Sequence record: MH383160.1
Length of the DNA: 64,000 bases
Direction: 5' to 3' (one strand)
The translations under genes and the position numbers were made by a program. Numbering within the stretch: position 1 is the first letter of the stretch; every line of letters starts with the position of its first letter. The notes below the pieces were generated by a model that ran no database searches, was not told the DNA's origin, and saw only the letters and a program-made list of their open reading frames with translations. This document shows, one piece after another, positions 48,422-58,071 of this stretch.

Positions 48422-48935
48422 CGATGTTCATCGCCAATAAGTTAATATACAAATTACTGTTAAATGCTATCTGCAATTCCATATAGAACTGAATGATAGC
48501 ATAGTCAGGGTCAGTACACGATAGTTGAAAGCACTGTTCTTCAAATGAATTGTAATTGTACTTAGGGATGTGAATTTCACGCTTCAAATCAGGTTGACCC
48601 CACTTCATCGCGTACACACCAATGTTATTGTTCTTTTTCCTTTTCTTAAATGTTAATTGTTGAATATTTCCTGCGTCATCCAGGAAAATAGTATTATTCG
48701 ACACAGGTGCACCAATAGAAAACAATGATGTATCAATTACGTGTGTCGCACGCACCTCACACTTCTGGAATGCCCCAGTACCCTGTAATACATAATGAAA
48801 ATTGTACTTCTCATTAACAACAGTACTAGGATCGATTAAACCAGTACTGCATTTTTTGAGTACTGGTACAATGGTGCGAATCTTTTTTGATAAATCTTGT
48901 AATGCATCAAAGTCATTGATGTTAACTTTCATCAC
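48399..48935 (-). CDS. FQ-module family protein
   Basis: FEEQCFQLSCTD. Confidence 0.8.
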   Translation of the reverse strand: MMKVNINDFDALQDLSKKIRTIVPVLKKCSTGLIDPSTVVNEKYNFHYVLQGTGAFQKCEVRATHVIDTSLFSIGAPVSNNTIFLDDAGNIQQLTFKKRKKNNNIGVYAMKWGQPDLKREIHIPKYNYNSFEEQCFQLSCTDPDYAIIQFYMELQIAFNSNLYINLLAMNIDEVFKNI

Positions 48936-49381
48936 TCGAATGTAGCCTCTTCAGTAGTAACAAAATTGGTTAGTGTATCCAGTTCAGCAGTGTCAAGATA
49001 AAATACATCTAGTACAGATTTCTGATATATTACACTGAATGTGCATAGATTGTCAAGTGTTCCTTGTTCATAAACAGTACTACCCTGGAAGTACCCTTCT
49101 TCAGTACTCAGGGATAAAATATCTGAAATTTTAAAAGATTCTTCAGTTGCATGTCTTTCTATATTAACTATATTGCCGTTTCGGTTCAATGAAATATAAT
49201 CGTATGCTAACTCAATTAGACTATAATTATCCGCATTAGTGTCAAATAAAGCGACAATTTTTCGTCTCAATCTCTCATCGTGATCATGGTTTTCATCAGC
49301 TAAGTATTCAGGATTTTCTTTGAAGAATTTAACGACGCGTAGAATATCATTTGCTTTCTTGATTGCACTTTCGTAACTCAT
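48932..49381 (-). CDS. FQ-module family protein
   Basis: TEEGYFQGSTVYE...FYLD. Confidence 0.8.
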   Translation of the reverse strand: MSYESAIKKANDILRVVKFFKENPEYLADENHDHDERLRRKIVALFDTNADNYSLIELAYDYISLNRNGNIVNIERHATEESFKISDILSLSTEEGYFQGSTVYEQGTLDNLCTFSVIYQKSVLDVFYLDTAELDTLTNFVTTEEATFE

Positions 49382-49686
49382 AATAATTCAACCACTCCAT
49401 CTCTAAAGTACATATAACTACCACCATTGGATACTGTGAATTCTATTGTCCCCAATAATATATTATATTTTTTTATTTCACATGTAGTACTTGTAGTGTA
49501 AGGCTCACCATCTCCTAAGTACATTGACATATGACATAGAACTTTTCTACCAGCATATTTCTCTTCAAACGATTGTTCAAAACTATGCATAATTTGATTT
49601 AAAGCTGAAATGTAATTAATAAAGTCAGGTATTTCTGTCAATGAATTATAAACCGTACAAAGTGAATCAAATTCATTTTTAGTCAT
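49378..49686 (-). CDS. small helix+barrel family protein
   Basis: FEEKYAGRKV. Confidence 0.7.
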   Translation of the reverse strand: MTKNEFDSLCTVYNSLTEIPDFINYISALNQIMHSFEQSFEEKYAGRKVLCHMSMYLGDGEPYTTSTTCEIKKYNILLGTIEFTVSNGGSYMYFRDGVVELL

Positions 49687-50000
49687 TATATTTCTATCTC
49701 AATGTAATCCTGTGTGATTAAATAATCCCAATGATACTTCACCTGCTTTTGTAATTCAATTAACGTAAAGAAGTTGATCGATTTATCCCATACGAGCGAT
49801 TCCTGGAAAATAAATGATTCATGTTCATCGTAATAATCACACTCTAAAAAATCAGGTATATATTCACTATCGTGAATGTATTCAACAAACGAACTAGCTT
49901 GGCATTTCTTTACTACTAGTAATAATGAATTATCATGATCAAACAGATACAATAAACTAATTTCACCAGGGACGTACTGAACACTGAATAAGTTTTTCAT
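49686..50000 (-). CDS. FQ-module family protein (short type)
   Basis: ESFIFQESLVWD. Confidence 0.8.
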   Translation of the reverse strand: MKNLFSVQYVPGEISLLYLFDHDNSLLLVVKKCQASSFVEYIHDSEYIPDFLECDYYDEHESFIFQESLVWDKSINFFTLIELQKQVKYHWDYLITQDYIEIEI

Positions 50001-50449
50001 TCTATACCTTCTGGATCTTTACGAAGTTCTTCGAAATCCAAATAAAATCGAGGACAGTTAACACTCTTTAAGTACCACATAATAACTAATGCTTCAAGTA
50101 CTTCATCATCGTAAACAGTACTGTTTTGGAAGTAATACTCTTCACTATCCCACGGACCTTCCAGTACTTCATAATTCAAAATTAATGGTTTTTTGCGATT
50201 AATAAAACGAATGCTACCATTTTCAACATAACTAATAAATTCTGCATCTCTATTGTATTCAGAAAACGATATAGGACTATTGGAATTCAACCCAAGAATA
50301 ACCCTTACACCAACGGAGTTATTATACATTTCATCCTTGTAGTAGTTGCCGTTCTCGGCTTTGTACACTTCTTTGAACTTTCCTGCCTTTATATCGTCAA
50401 AGTATCCATGTAGTTCTTTTGCTTTTTCAAGAGCACTTTGTAATGACAT
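49997..50449 (-). CDS. FQ-module family protein, recent-expansion copy 1
   Basis: MSLQSALEKAK...GPWDSEEYYFQNSTVYD. Confidence 0.85.
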   Translation of the reverse strand: MSLQSALEKAKELHGYFDDIKAGKFKEVYKAENGNYYKDEMYNNSVGVRVILGLNSNSPISFSEYNRDAEFISYVENGSIRFINRKKPLILNYEVLEGPWDSEEYYFQNSTVYDDEVLEALVIMWYLKSVNCPRFYLDFEELRKDPEGIE

Positions 50450-50915
50450 TACCTTCTCCTACAGTATTCTCTACATATTCATAATCAAAATAGAAACTAC
50501 TGGAGTCAATACTTTTGAAATACCACATAATTACAATAACATCTAATTCTTCTTCATTGTACAACGTACTATTCTGGAAGTAATATTCTTCACTATCCCA
50601 CGGTCCTTCCAGTACTGAATAAGGAATGATAGTGTCATCAGCATCACTATCTGTGTTGTAGATGGTAATATCTTCATTACGGCAATAACTAATGTACTGA
50701 TTGTACATATGATATTCACAGTTATCACTGTCACCAGTATCAGTGTGCAGTACTAATGTTTCTGCACATATCTCGGACTCGTCATAATCGTCACGGTCTT
50801 TTACAAAAAATTCAGTATCAGATGTTTTATACACCCCAGGTACTGAACCTTCCTGTACCATAATCATGTACTCATGAATCTTCTTTGCTTCTTTCAATGC
50901 ACTTTGTAACGACAT
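50427..50915 (-). CDS. FQ-module family protein, copy 2
   Basis: GPWDSEEYYFQNSTLYN. Confidence 0.85.
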   Translation of the reverse strand: MSLQSALKEAKKIHEYMIMVQEGSVPGVYKTSDTEFFVKDRDDYDESEICAETLVLHTDTGDSDNCEYHMYNQYISYCRNEDITIYNTDSDADDTIIPYSVLEGPWDSEEYYFQNSTLYNEEELDVIVIMWYFKSIDSSSFYFDYEYVENTVGEGNVITKCS

Positions 50916-51358
50916 TACAAATCCCCTGTACTTAAATATTCACATGCTCCCCAGTCAAGAAAAAATGGTTCAAACTTCAATTCCTTAAAGTACCACAAAA
51001 CAACCAAGGAATCAAGCATTTCTTGGTTAAAAATAAGACTCTGTTGGAAGTAATACTCTTCAGTACCCCACGGGCCATCAAGTACCCCGAAGTCAACAGG
51101 TGTATTTGATGTGTCAAACGTAATCTTAGTACCTGGAATATATACAAAAAAACTAGTATATTGACTACATGAAGAGTACTGTATAGTATTGTCTTTATCC
51201 TGTCCCATAAGTAAAATATCATCAGAGTATGTCTTTATACCTGATAGATAATACTCATCACCAAATGCACTTACTTTATCACCATAGAACCCACTTTTTA
51301 TGTTATCGTGGAAGTGATGTATTCTGTGTGCTAGTTCAAGTGCACTTGCTAAACTCAT
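50915..51358 (-). CDS. FQ-module family protein, copy 3
   Basis: GPWGTEEYYFQQSLIFN. Confidence 0.85.
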   Translation of the reverse strand: MSLASALELAHRIHHFHDNIKSGFYGDKVSAFGDEYYLSGIKTYSDDILLMGQDKDNTIQYSSCSQYTSFFVYIPGTKITFDTSNTPVDFGVLDGPWGTEEYYFQQSLIFNQEMLDSLVVLWYFKELKFEPFFLDWGACEYLSTGDL

Positions 51359-51825
51359 ATATCCTCTTTAATAACTCGTAGTAGATCCAAGTCCAAATAG
51401 AAGCTAGGACAATCTGTATTATTAAAGTACCACAGAATGACAAGCTTGTCAAGTACATCTTCCTCGTAGATAGTATTCTGCTGGAAGTAGTACTCTTCAC
51501 TTCCCCAGTCATTATCCAGTACTGAATACGGAAGATGTTTCTCTGCTGCACCAGATATAATGTCAGAATCTTGTATTAAAATATCAGCATCACGACAGAA
51601 GTACATGTAATTATCTTCCAAATTAACATCACACCCATTGAGTGTTGTTTCAGAAGAATCTAAGTTTTCTTCATACATGTGAATGTACTCACTACTGTCA
51701 TCGTATCTCATTCGACAATAAGATTTACCTTCCTTGAATAGATATCCATTAAGACAATTTGCTACAATTTCTTTGCTGCATAAATCAATTAACTTCGCAA
51801 TCTCTAATGCTCTTTCTAAACTCAT
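51355..51825 (-). CDS. FQ-module family protein, copy 4
   Basis: NDWGSEEYYFQQNTIYE. Confidence 0.85.
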   Translation of the reverse strand: MSLERALEIAKLIDLCSKEIVANCLNGYLFKEGKSYCRMRYDDSSEYIHMYEENLDSSETTLNGCDVNLEDNYMYFCRDADILIQDSDIISGAAEKHLPYSVLDNDWGSEEYYFQQNTIYEEDVLDKLVILWYFNNTDCPSFYLDLDLLRVIKEDI

Positions 51826-51826
51826 T

Positions 51827-52318
51827 TCAACCCCTGTTAATACCGTTATCTACAGTTTTCTTTACGTATTTGTAATCGAAATAGAAGTTCCCAGAACCAA
51901 TACTTTTAAAGTACCACATAATTATAATAACATCAAGTACTTCATTATCATATACAGTACTTTGTTGGAAGTAATACTCTTCACTATCCCACGGACCTTC
52001 CAGTACTTCACTCGGAATTATAATGTCATTGGAATCGCTGTCAGTACTGTTGATGGTATCTGTATCATTAATATAGACCATGTACTCATTATGCATATTA
52101 ATGAAGCATTCATAATCATTAGGGTCGGTATCTAGTATGCACGTTTCTGTATCCAGTACGCACGTTTCTGTATCTGAGCAGTCATTATAAAGGAGGTTAT
52201 CCGGTACATAATATTGAGTACTTGTGTCTTTGAAAACACCGTAAACTGAACCTTCTTTTGCCATATTCATGTACTCATGAATCTTCTTTGCTTTTTCCAA
52301 TGAACTCTGTAATGTCAT
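51827..52318 (-). CDS. FQ-module family protein, copy 5
   Basis: GPWDSEEYYFQQSTVYD. Confidence 0.85.
   Translation of the reverse strand: MTLQSSLEKAKKIHEYMNMAKEGSVYGVFKDTSTQYYVPDNLLYNDCSDTETCVLDTETCILDTDPNDYECFINMHNEYMVYINDTDTINSTDSDSNDIIIPSEVLEGPWDSEEYYFQQSTVYDNEVLDVIIIMWYFKSIGSGNFYFDYKYVKKTVDNGINRG
52133..52174. repeat. 21-bp tandem duplication
   Basis: TAGTATGCACGTTTCTGTATC / CAGTACGCACGTTTCTGTATC, encoding DTETCVL-DTETCIL. Confidence 0.85.
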
Positions 52319-52327
52319 TTTATAATC

Positions 52328-52687
52328 TCATATATTGAAATAATAATTATTCGTTCTTGATGGGGATGGATTAAATACGTTTTCTTTTTCAAATCTCTTC
52401 ATTTCATTTTGCAAAGAAACCATTTCTTCAAATGTACAGGAGTACTTATTCTTATCAAACACTAATGCAGCCTGAAATAGTTCGCCATCGTCCAGTACTG
52501 TATAATCTATAAGACTCTCAGATTCATAGTCATAGTCGTCATGTGATACATGAATAAATTTAAAACAAGAATCTTTGTAATGCATATATAAACTCAACTC
52601 ATGTTCCGAGTCGCCCTTAATAAGATTACAGCACAAGTCCCATCCTTTAGGTAACTTATAATAGTACATAGAATAATCATATGTCAT
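52328..52687 (-). CDS. FQ-module family protein (short type)
   Basis: DDGELFQAALVFDK. Confidence 0.8.
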   Translation of the reverse strand: MTYDYSMYYYKLPKGWDLCCNLIKGDSEHELSLYMHYKDSCFKFIHVSHDDYDYESESLIDYTVLDDGELFQAALVFDKNKYSCTFEEMVSLQNEMKRFEKENVFNPSPSRTNNYYFNI

Positions 52688-53043
52688 TCTTGAATTCCTA
52701 AATTGAATTTGTATTCTTGATTAATACTTGCATTGGGTTTATGCAAAGCAGCATACTCTTTCATTTCATTTTGTATTGCAATAACTTCTTCAAATGTACA
52801 CAAGTACTTCTTATCAAATACTAATGATTCTTGGAATAGTTCTGCGGTATCCATTAATGTATAGTCCGGCATATCTTGGTGTGGATACTGTAATGAACTG
52901 TAATCAATGAATGTAAATTTACCCTGAGTGTAATGAATATACTCATTCGCACTGTGCATTAAATCACCTTTGTTTAAATTACAAAAGTACTGATAACTGT
53001 GCTTGAAAGTATGTACTGATATTAAAAAATCAAATTCCATCAC
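52684..53043 (-). CDS. FQ-module family protein (short type)
   Basis: DTAELFQESLVFDK. Confidence 0.8.
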   Translation of the reverse strand: MMEFDFLISVHTFKHSYQYFCNLNKGDLMHSANEYIHYTQGKFTFIDYSSLQYPHQDMPDYTLMDTAELFQESLVFDKKYLCTFEEVIAIQNEMKEYAALHKPNASINQEYKFNLGIQE

Positions 53044-53417
53044 TCTTCTCCTAGATTAAAAAATTTCCAGAAATCGGCCTCACCAGTACTGCACCAGATA
53101 TCTATACATTCCCTGTGAATACATTTAATTCTACGCTGTAATTCAATCATCTCTTCTAATGTACAGATGTACTTCTTATCAAATACTAATGCCTCCTGGA
53201 ACAGTGCAGCATCATCAAGTACTGTATAGTCCGGCATCTCGATAGATATCCCATGAAACCCAGTACTAAAATCCATCAAATAAAAGTCAGCATTCCAGTA
53301 CTTTAAAATCTTGTCCCTAGCGTAGTTTAAATCACCCTTGTATAAGTTAGAGTGCGTAACTAACTCACCAGTGTACATCCATGTCCTTGCACAAAATTCA
53401 TTATATTTTATTTCCAT
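53040..53417 (-). CDS. FQ-module family protein (short type)
   Basis: DDAALFQEALVFDK; start reassigned to MEIKY. Confidence 0.75.
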   Translation of the reverse strand: MEIKYNEFCARTWMYTGELVTHSNLYKGDLNYARDKILKYWNADFYLMDFSTGFHGISIEMPDYTVLDDAALFQEALVFDKKYICTLEEMIELQRRIKCIHRECIDIWCSTGEADFWKFFNLGEE

Positions 53418-53468
53418 CTTAATCTCTACTATAATTAATAAGGTAAACTCCAATATAAGGAGCACGTT

Positions 53469-53596
53469 GCGGGGGCGGGGTATTTTTTGTTTCAGGAAAC
53501 ATGAACTGTACTCTGAAAAACACAATANNNNNNNNNNNNNNNNNNNNNNNNNNNNNNNNNNNNNNNNNNNNNNNNNNNNNNNACCCCCCTGCGGCC
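53469..53596. repeat. G-rich/C-rich imperfect inverted repeat flanking an N gap
   Basis: GCGGGGGCGGGGT at 53469 and ACCCCCCTGCGGCC at 53583. Confidence 0.45.
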
Positions 53597-53614
53597 TGTA
53601 AAAATGAAACGTCT

Positions 53615-53824
53615 CTATTTATTCAGCCTAGAAAGCTTGATTTCTTCAATCCTTTTCATCGCACAAAGCCTTCGACTCGTCATCTCGTATAAATTCAATA
53701 CTCGGTGTACCGTATTATCTACACTCTGAACCAAATATGTATCCTTCAAAATCAAATCCATCATGTATTCAAAACCCTTAATACTATGCGAACTTAACAC
53801 TTCCGGCTCTTCAAACGTAATCAT
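53615..53824 (-). CDS. small hypothetical protein
   Basis: 69 aa. Confidence 0.6.
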   Translation of the reverse strand: MITFEEPEVLSSHSIKGFEYMMDLILKDTYLVQSVDNTVHRVLNLYEMTSRRLCAMKRIEEIKLSRLNK

Positions 53825-54041
53825 AATTCCAATCCCCTATCCCATCTAACCTTCTAAGATATCTTGCGTAAATTATTTCGAAATATCTGTGCAACGAAAT
53901 TACGGATTGCTCATAATCATCATTCCTGTACATTGTGCATGTAAGAAAATCATTTAACCCAAAATCTAAACTGCACTTGAACTTCTCCTTTGCAATATCA
54001 CTATTACTTGCACTTTTCATAATAAACCCTTTGTACCGCAT
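53811..54041 (-). CDS. small hypothetical protein
   Basis: true start likely MKSAS. Confidence 0.6.
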   Translation of the reverse strand: MRYKGFIMKSASNSDIAKEKFKCSLDFGLNDFLTCTMYRNDDYEQSVISLHRYFEIIYARYLRRLDGIGDWNYDYV

Positions 54042-54180
54042 TGGTGTACTGTGAACTCAGCACCACTAATAGGTAATCTATATTGTAAGCACGATTTCCT
54101 CGTTGACTAGCACGGCTGGAATAAAGAATATTATCCACATATGTATTGAACTGATCTTCAAATAACTCTTTCATCAGCAT
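54004..54180 (-). CDS. small hypothetical protein (not in ORF track)
   Basis: 58 aa MLMKELFEDQFNTYVDNILY... fills the gap. Confidence 0.55.
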   Translation of the reverse strand: MLMKELFEDQFNTYVDNILYSSRASQRGNRAYNIDYLLVVLSSQYTNAVQRVYYEKCK

Positions 54181-54195
54181 TATCCCATCACATAA

Positions 54196-54819
54196 TCATA
54201 CATTAACAACTTTATCGATGTAATCTTCTAACATATCAATATATCTGGTATTGGTTCTAACTAAAAGGTATGCAAATCCAGAGAACTCATGTGTATAATG
54301 CTTTACAGCGTACATACAACGAAGCTTATCATTGTCATACATTGTACTGTACTGAAACAAACTCTCGTCTGATAGCTCTAATAACGCTTGGGCTTCACTT
54401 CTCGTGAACTTCATAGGGTCATGTACTGCATCACAAAAACAAACCTGTGTCTCGCTATTGAAACCCTGTGATAGATATATACCTTCACACTCTGAACGCA
54501 CCGATACTGCATTATAACTATGTGTTGCCCCCATCATATCTGAACTCAAAACTAAAATCAACCCATTTTTATTTTTAATCAACAAATCTGACTTAAGGGA
54601 TTTGATCTCCGTATGGGAAATATCACCAAATCTTCCTGGGACTTCAAACTTATCAACGTTGTATACAATCTTTTGTACTTGCTCTTTTAAACGCTTAATT
54701 GCACTTCTGTCTTTTTCTAATGTATCTAATAAACTCATTGAACTCATTGTGCTTTCCTTACATATTTGTACCGAACAAAACGGAACTTTGAATGCCATTA
54801 ATCGACACTTCATGTACAT
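54196..54819 (-). CDS. FQ-module family protein
   Basis: SDESLFQYSTMYD; true start likely MSSMSL. Confidence 0.8.
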   Translation of the reverse strand: MYMKCRLMAFKVPFCSVQICKESTMSSMSLLDTLEKDRSAIKRLKEQVQKIVYNVDKFEVPGRFGDISHTEIKSLKSDLLIKNKNGLILVLSSDMMGATHSYNAVSVRSECEGIYLSQGFNSETQVCFCDAVHDPMKFTRSEAQALLELSDESLFQYSTMYDNDKLRCMYAVKHYTHEFSGFAYLLVRTNTRYIDMLEDYIDKVVNV

Positions 54820-55102
54820 ATATATTTTGTCTGAACAAAGGAACTAATTGAACTAAACTCGTTTGCATAATAATATGCATATGTACATTGTCATATGCCG
54901 TTTCGTATTGGAAACGTGCAGCTTCATCTTCTATGAAATTCGGAACTTGGACTGGATTCTCAAAATTTGTCCTTGTACTGAACTGTACATCATTGTCCTG
55001 TACCTTAATACCATATGAATTATCATTGTTATCAACTACATCAAATTCAATTAAACTACCATCTTTACTGACGTTTACTATATAAACCGAAAATCGACTC
55101 AT
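54758..55102 (-). CDS. FQ-module family protein (short type)
   Basis: DEAARFQYETAYD. Confidence 0.75.
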   Translation of the reverse strand: MSRFSVYIVNVSKDGSLIEFDVVDNNDNSYGIKVQDNDVQFSTRTNFENPVQVPNFIEDEAARFQYETAYDNVHMHIIMQTSLVQLVPLFRQNIYVHEVSINGIQSSVLFGTNM

Positions 55103-55647
55103 AAACCTATTTCCTCTAAATCTTTGACAAATGTATCATAATCCGATAATGACAAAAATATGTCTGTACTGATGTTTTGACGTAATGTATTAAACAAATT
55201 ATGTACCTGTAATAAATCAGGTGCATAAATCAGGGATTGCTGGAAATACGATTCTTCTGTATCTAATATATCCCTGCACTCAATTTCACGAACTCGTTGG
55301 TATATTGAATTTAATAATACATTTTCATCTTTGAGCATTGGAAGGTATCGGATGTACATGTGCTCCATCAACTCATCCTGGATTGAACCCCTGAACTGCA
55401 ACACGTATTCAAAACACATCACTACATCTTGTAGGTAATTGGCACTGTAATTATTGCTGTAAACAATCTTATGACTTCTGAACTCATCATCATTTCTGAA
55501 CCAATTGTCACCTACTTTGGTGTACTTATGACTAAGCTTCCCATCCTCCAACGCTCGAATGAACTTCATAATGTTAATTGCAAAATCATATGAATGATGC
55601 TTGTGTTGATGCATTTTTACCTCAATTCTGTCCGAAAAAATAACCAA
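55099..55647 (-). CDS. FQ-module family protein
   Basis: TEESYFQQSLIY. Confidence 0.8.
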   Translation of the reverse strand: MVIFSDRIEVKMHQHKHHSYDFAINIMKFIRALEDGKLSHKYTKVGDNWFRNDDEFRSHKIVYSNNYSANYLQDVVMCFEYVLQFRGSIQDELMEHMYIRYLPMLKDENVLLNSIYQRVREIECRDILDTEESYFQQSLIYAPDLLQVHNLFNTLRQNISTDIFLSLSDYDTFVKDLEEIGL

Positions 55648-55816
55648 AATGTTTAAAGCAAGAAAGCATTACTATGTTCATCACTCTATCATCAAATTCA
55701 TCTTGTGTTTCTGCACATAATGTTTCACAGATATTCAAATGTAATAATTCAAGCTGGAAACTGTCGGTGAACCAATCAAACTTACGGTATTTTTGTTTAA
55801 CATCAACTGTAAGCAT
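55622..55816 (-). CDS. small hypothetical protein (possible LGTxxQE relative)
   Basis: LCAETQDEF. Confidence 0.6.
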   Translation of the reverse strand: MLTVDVKQKYRKFDWFTDSFQLELLHLNICETLCAETQDEFDDRVMNIVMLSCFKHFGYFFGQN

Positions 55817-55817
55817 A

Positions 55818-56441
55818 CTATATATCCAACCCTTTTACAACATCTACGAAATGTTCAAACACTTCTTTTGAAAAATAACCACCTTCACAAAAAAGCATAC
55901 TAAACGGTGGCAGCATGTCCGATAACTCTTTAGCTAAATTGATTTCTGCTCTTAACTCTTGAACATCAATGATATCATGTACTAAAGATAATTGAAACAT
56001 GAATGCATCTACATCTTCATTCATTTCTGAATTGTAATATAACTCTTCAGGGAATTTGTCGGTTTCGTAATAATAAAAAACTTTATTGTTGAACACACCA
56101 CTAATAGGAACATCATTTTCATCTTTCTTTGAAATGTTTGTTTCCCATGACTCTATATTATTAGGAACAAAAAAATCATAGGCTGACTTTGAACCCTGTA
56201 CTGAATCCAACTTTATTCCATAATATTCCGTATCCATGTATTTCTGCTGTAATGTAATACCACGTGTACTGACATTCACTTGGAATATATCATCTTTATC
56301 TGGAACACTAAATGGAATACATAACACTGAATTCTCAGGGTATTTGGCAATGAATGCATCCAGCACTTTATTAAGCACTGGAATGGCAATTTTACTGTAC
56401 TGCATCAAATCATACATTTTAATTCTGGTCATATCATTCAC
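55818..56441 (-). CDS. FQ-module family protein
   Basis: DAFMFQLSLVHD. Confidence 0.8.
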   Translation of the reverse strand: MNDMTRIKMYDLMQYSKIAIPVLNKVLDAFIAKYPENSVLCIPFSVPDKDDIFQVNVSTRGITLQQKYMDTEYYGIKLDSVQGSKSAYDFFVPNNIESWETNISKKDENDVPISGVFNNKVFYYYETDKFPEELYYNSEMNEDVDAFMFQLSLVHDIIDVQELRAEINLAKELSDMLPPFSMLFCEGGYFSKEVFEHFVDVVKGLDI

Positions 56442-56973
56442 CTGTGTATGTTTTCACCCTTAGCGATTCAAAATCCCATACATCACTGATTGTACCATTG
56501 TGCCTGTAATCATAATATTCTACTAATACATTATACAATAACTTCAACGATACAAATTCATGATTCCACGGAGCTTTATTGTCATGAACACATTTGGTGA
56601 TATAAGGTATAATATATAAACTAAACAACACTAATGGTGAATGTATACATTGCATTTGAAAATATTCTTCTTCTTGCATACAATGTTCAGGAATAATTAG
56701 ATCATAATGTGTCTCAAATAAATGTAAACCTATTGTGGTTTTTTTCGTATCACATGCGTACCATATTGTACTATCCGAAATAAATGGAATGATACCATTA
56801 TTGTTTGCAATGTACATCATATGGTAAGAGCGATTTGTCTTGTTAAATATCTCGATACTTTCGATATTACTACAAATCATGTATTCAAGGCAATCAATGA
56901 TCTTATCTTTAAATGTACCAATTTCATTGAATGACATTGCTTTCTGTACTTTTGATACTGTTGTACTGCTCAT
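56434..56973 (-). CDS. FQ-module family protein
   Basis: QEEEYFQMQCIHS. Confidence 0.8.
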   Translation of the reverse strand: MSSTTVSKVQKAMSFNEIGTFKDKIIDCLEYMICSNIESIEIFNKTNRSYHMMYIANNNGIIPFISDSTIWYACDTKKTTIGLHLFETHYDLIIPEHCMQEEEYFQMQCIHSPLVLFSLYIIPYITKCVHDNKAPWNHEFVSLKLLYNVLVEYYDYRHNGTISDVWDFESLRVKTYTGE

Positions 56974-57512
56974 ATGTTCTCCTTAAAAAAATCCAAATAC
57001 TCTTCATTGAAAGCATATGTATCATCTTTTTTGTTATGCACCACATAATCATAAAGAGCTATGAATGCAGGGATTATGATCTTACATGATTTATTATTGT
57101 ATTTGTACTGCTCCAAATCAACGGTGTTCAATTTAGCAATAAGCATAGCAGCAAAGATATCTTCATGGCGGTGTACTGTGCTGTACTGAAAATACTCATC
57201 CTCTCCAATATCGGGATGATATAACGGTATAACCAAATTATTACGAATTGACATTTTATATTTTTGTAATGCAGCTAAATGCATGAACCACAATCTATCT
57301 TCATGGAAAGATGGAAAAATAATTTTGTCTGTGCTAATAAAAATTTCTTCATTTCGATTATTTGTCACAAGAGGTGCATACATTTTAATTTTTGCAGATT
57401 TAATAATTAAATTAAAAATATAATGAATCTTATGAACTGCACTTGATGCATCTTCGTATGTACTTGGGATTATGAAACTCACTATATGTTCTCCTTTAAA
57501 ATGAATACACAT
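56970..57512 (-). CDS. FQ-module family protein
   Basis: GEDEYFQYSTVH. Confidence 0.8.
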   Translation of the reverse strand: MCIHFKGEHIVSFIIPSTYEDASSAVHKIHYIFNLIIKSAKIKMYAPLVTNNRNEEIFISTDKIIFPSFHEDRLWFMHLAALQKYKMSIRNNLVIPLYHPDIGEDEYFQYSTVHRHEDIFAAMLIAKLNTVDLEQYKYNNKSCKIIIPAFIALYDYVVHNKKDDTYAFNEEYLDFFKENI

Positions 57513-57564
57513 GATAACAGCTTTGGTCTTCTATGTCAATACCAAAACGAAAAAAGCCCATATC

Positions 57565-58071
57565 TTACGATACAGGCGTTATGGGCATGTTGATTTGAAT
57601 TTCATTGTACAAATCATCAATATATAGACATGAAAAAAATACACTATCTTGTACTATATTGTTGTGATAAAGCATTTTAAATACTACATAAAAAAATAAA
57701 TCAATATCATCGTGGACTAAATTCTGCTGGAACCACCACTCGTCTGTTAAATCTTGTGCATTAAAATCATCAGGAACTTCAATGAACGACATATCACAAT
57801 CTTCTTTGTACTCAAACCACATGTCGTCATTCGGATAACGTTCATGCTTCTCTGGGTAACAATTGCTGGGATTAAATGTTAAAATATTAAACCCCGTAGA
57901 GCAACGTTCTTTATTTAAAAATGTATTATTCCATACCTGATATTTTTCACCAACATCAAGCTCTTCTGTTACTGATTTTATTGCACATAATGTACTGTAT
58001 ATTGTTTCTATCTTGTGAACATATTTAAATGCAGCATCTAAGCTGAACTCTAAATCATACATGTACTGCAT
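57565..58071 (-). CDS. FQ-module family protein
   Basis: TDEWWFQQNLVHD. Confidence 0.8.
   Translation of the reverse strand: MQYMYDLEFSLDAAFKYVHKIETIYSTLCAIKSVTEELDVGEKYQVWNNTFLNKERCSTGFNILTFNPSNCYPEKHERYPNDDMWFEYKEDCDMSFIEVPDDFNAQDLTDEWWFQQNLVHDDIDLFFYVVFKMLYHNNIVQDSVFFSCLYIDDLYNEIQINMPITPVS

Noticed and set aside
49997-53417. CRISPR-like repeats
   Set aside because: The repeats are in-frame coding blocks of paralogous genes spaced hundreds of bp apart, and no cas genes are present.
57548-57590. Possible terminator GCCC...GGGC after 57565-58071
   Set aside because: The stem is short, the loop is long, and it overlaps the ORF end; too weak to call.
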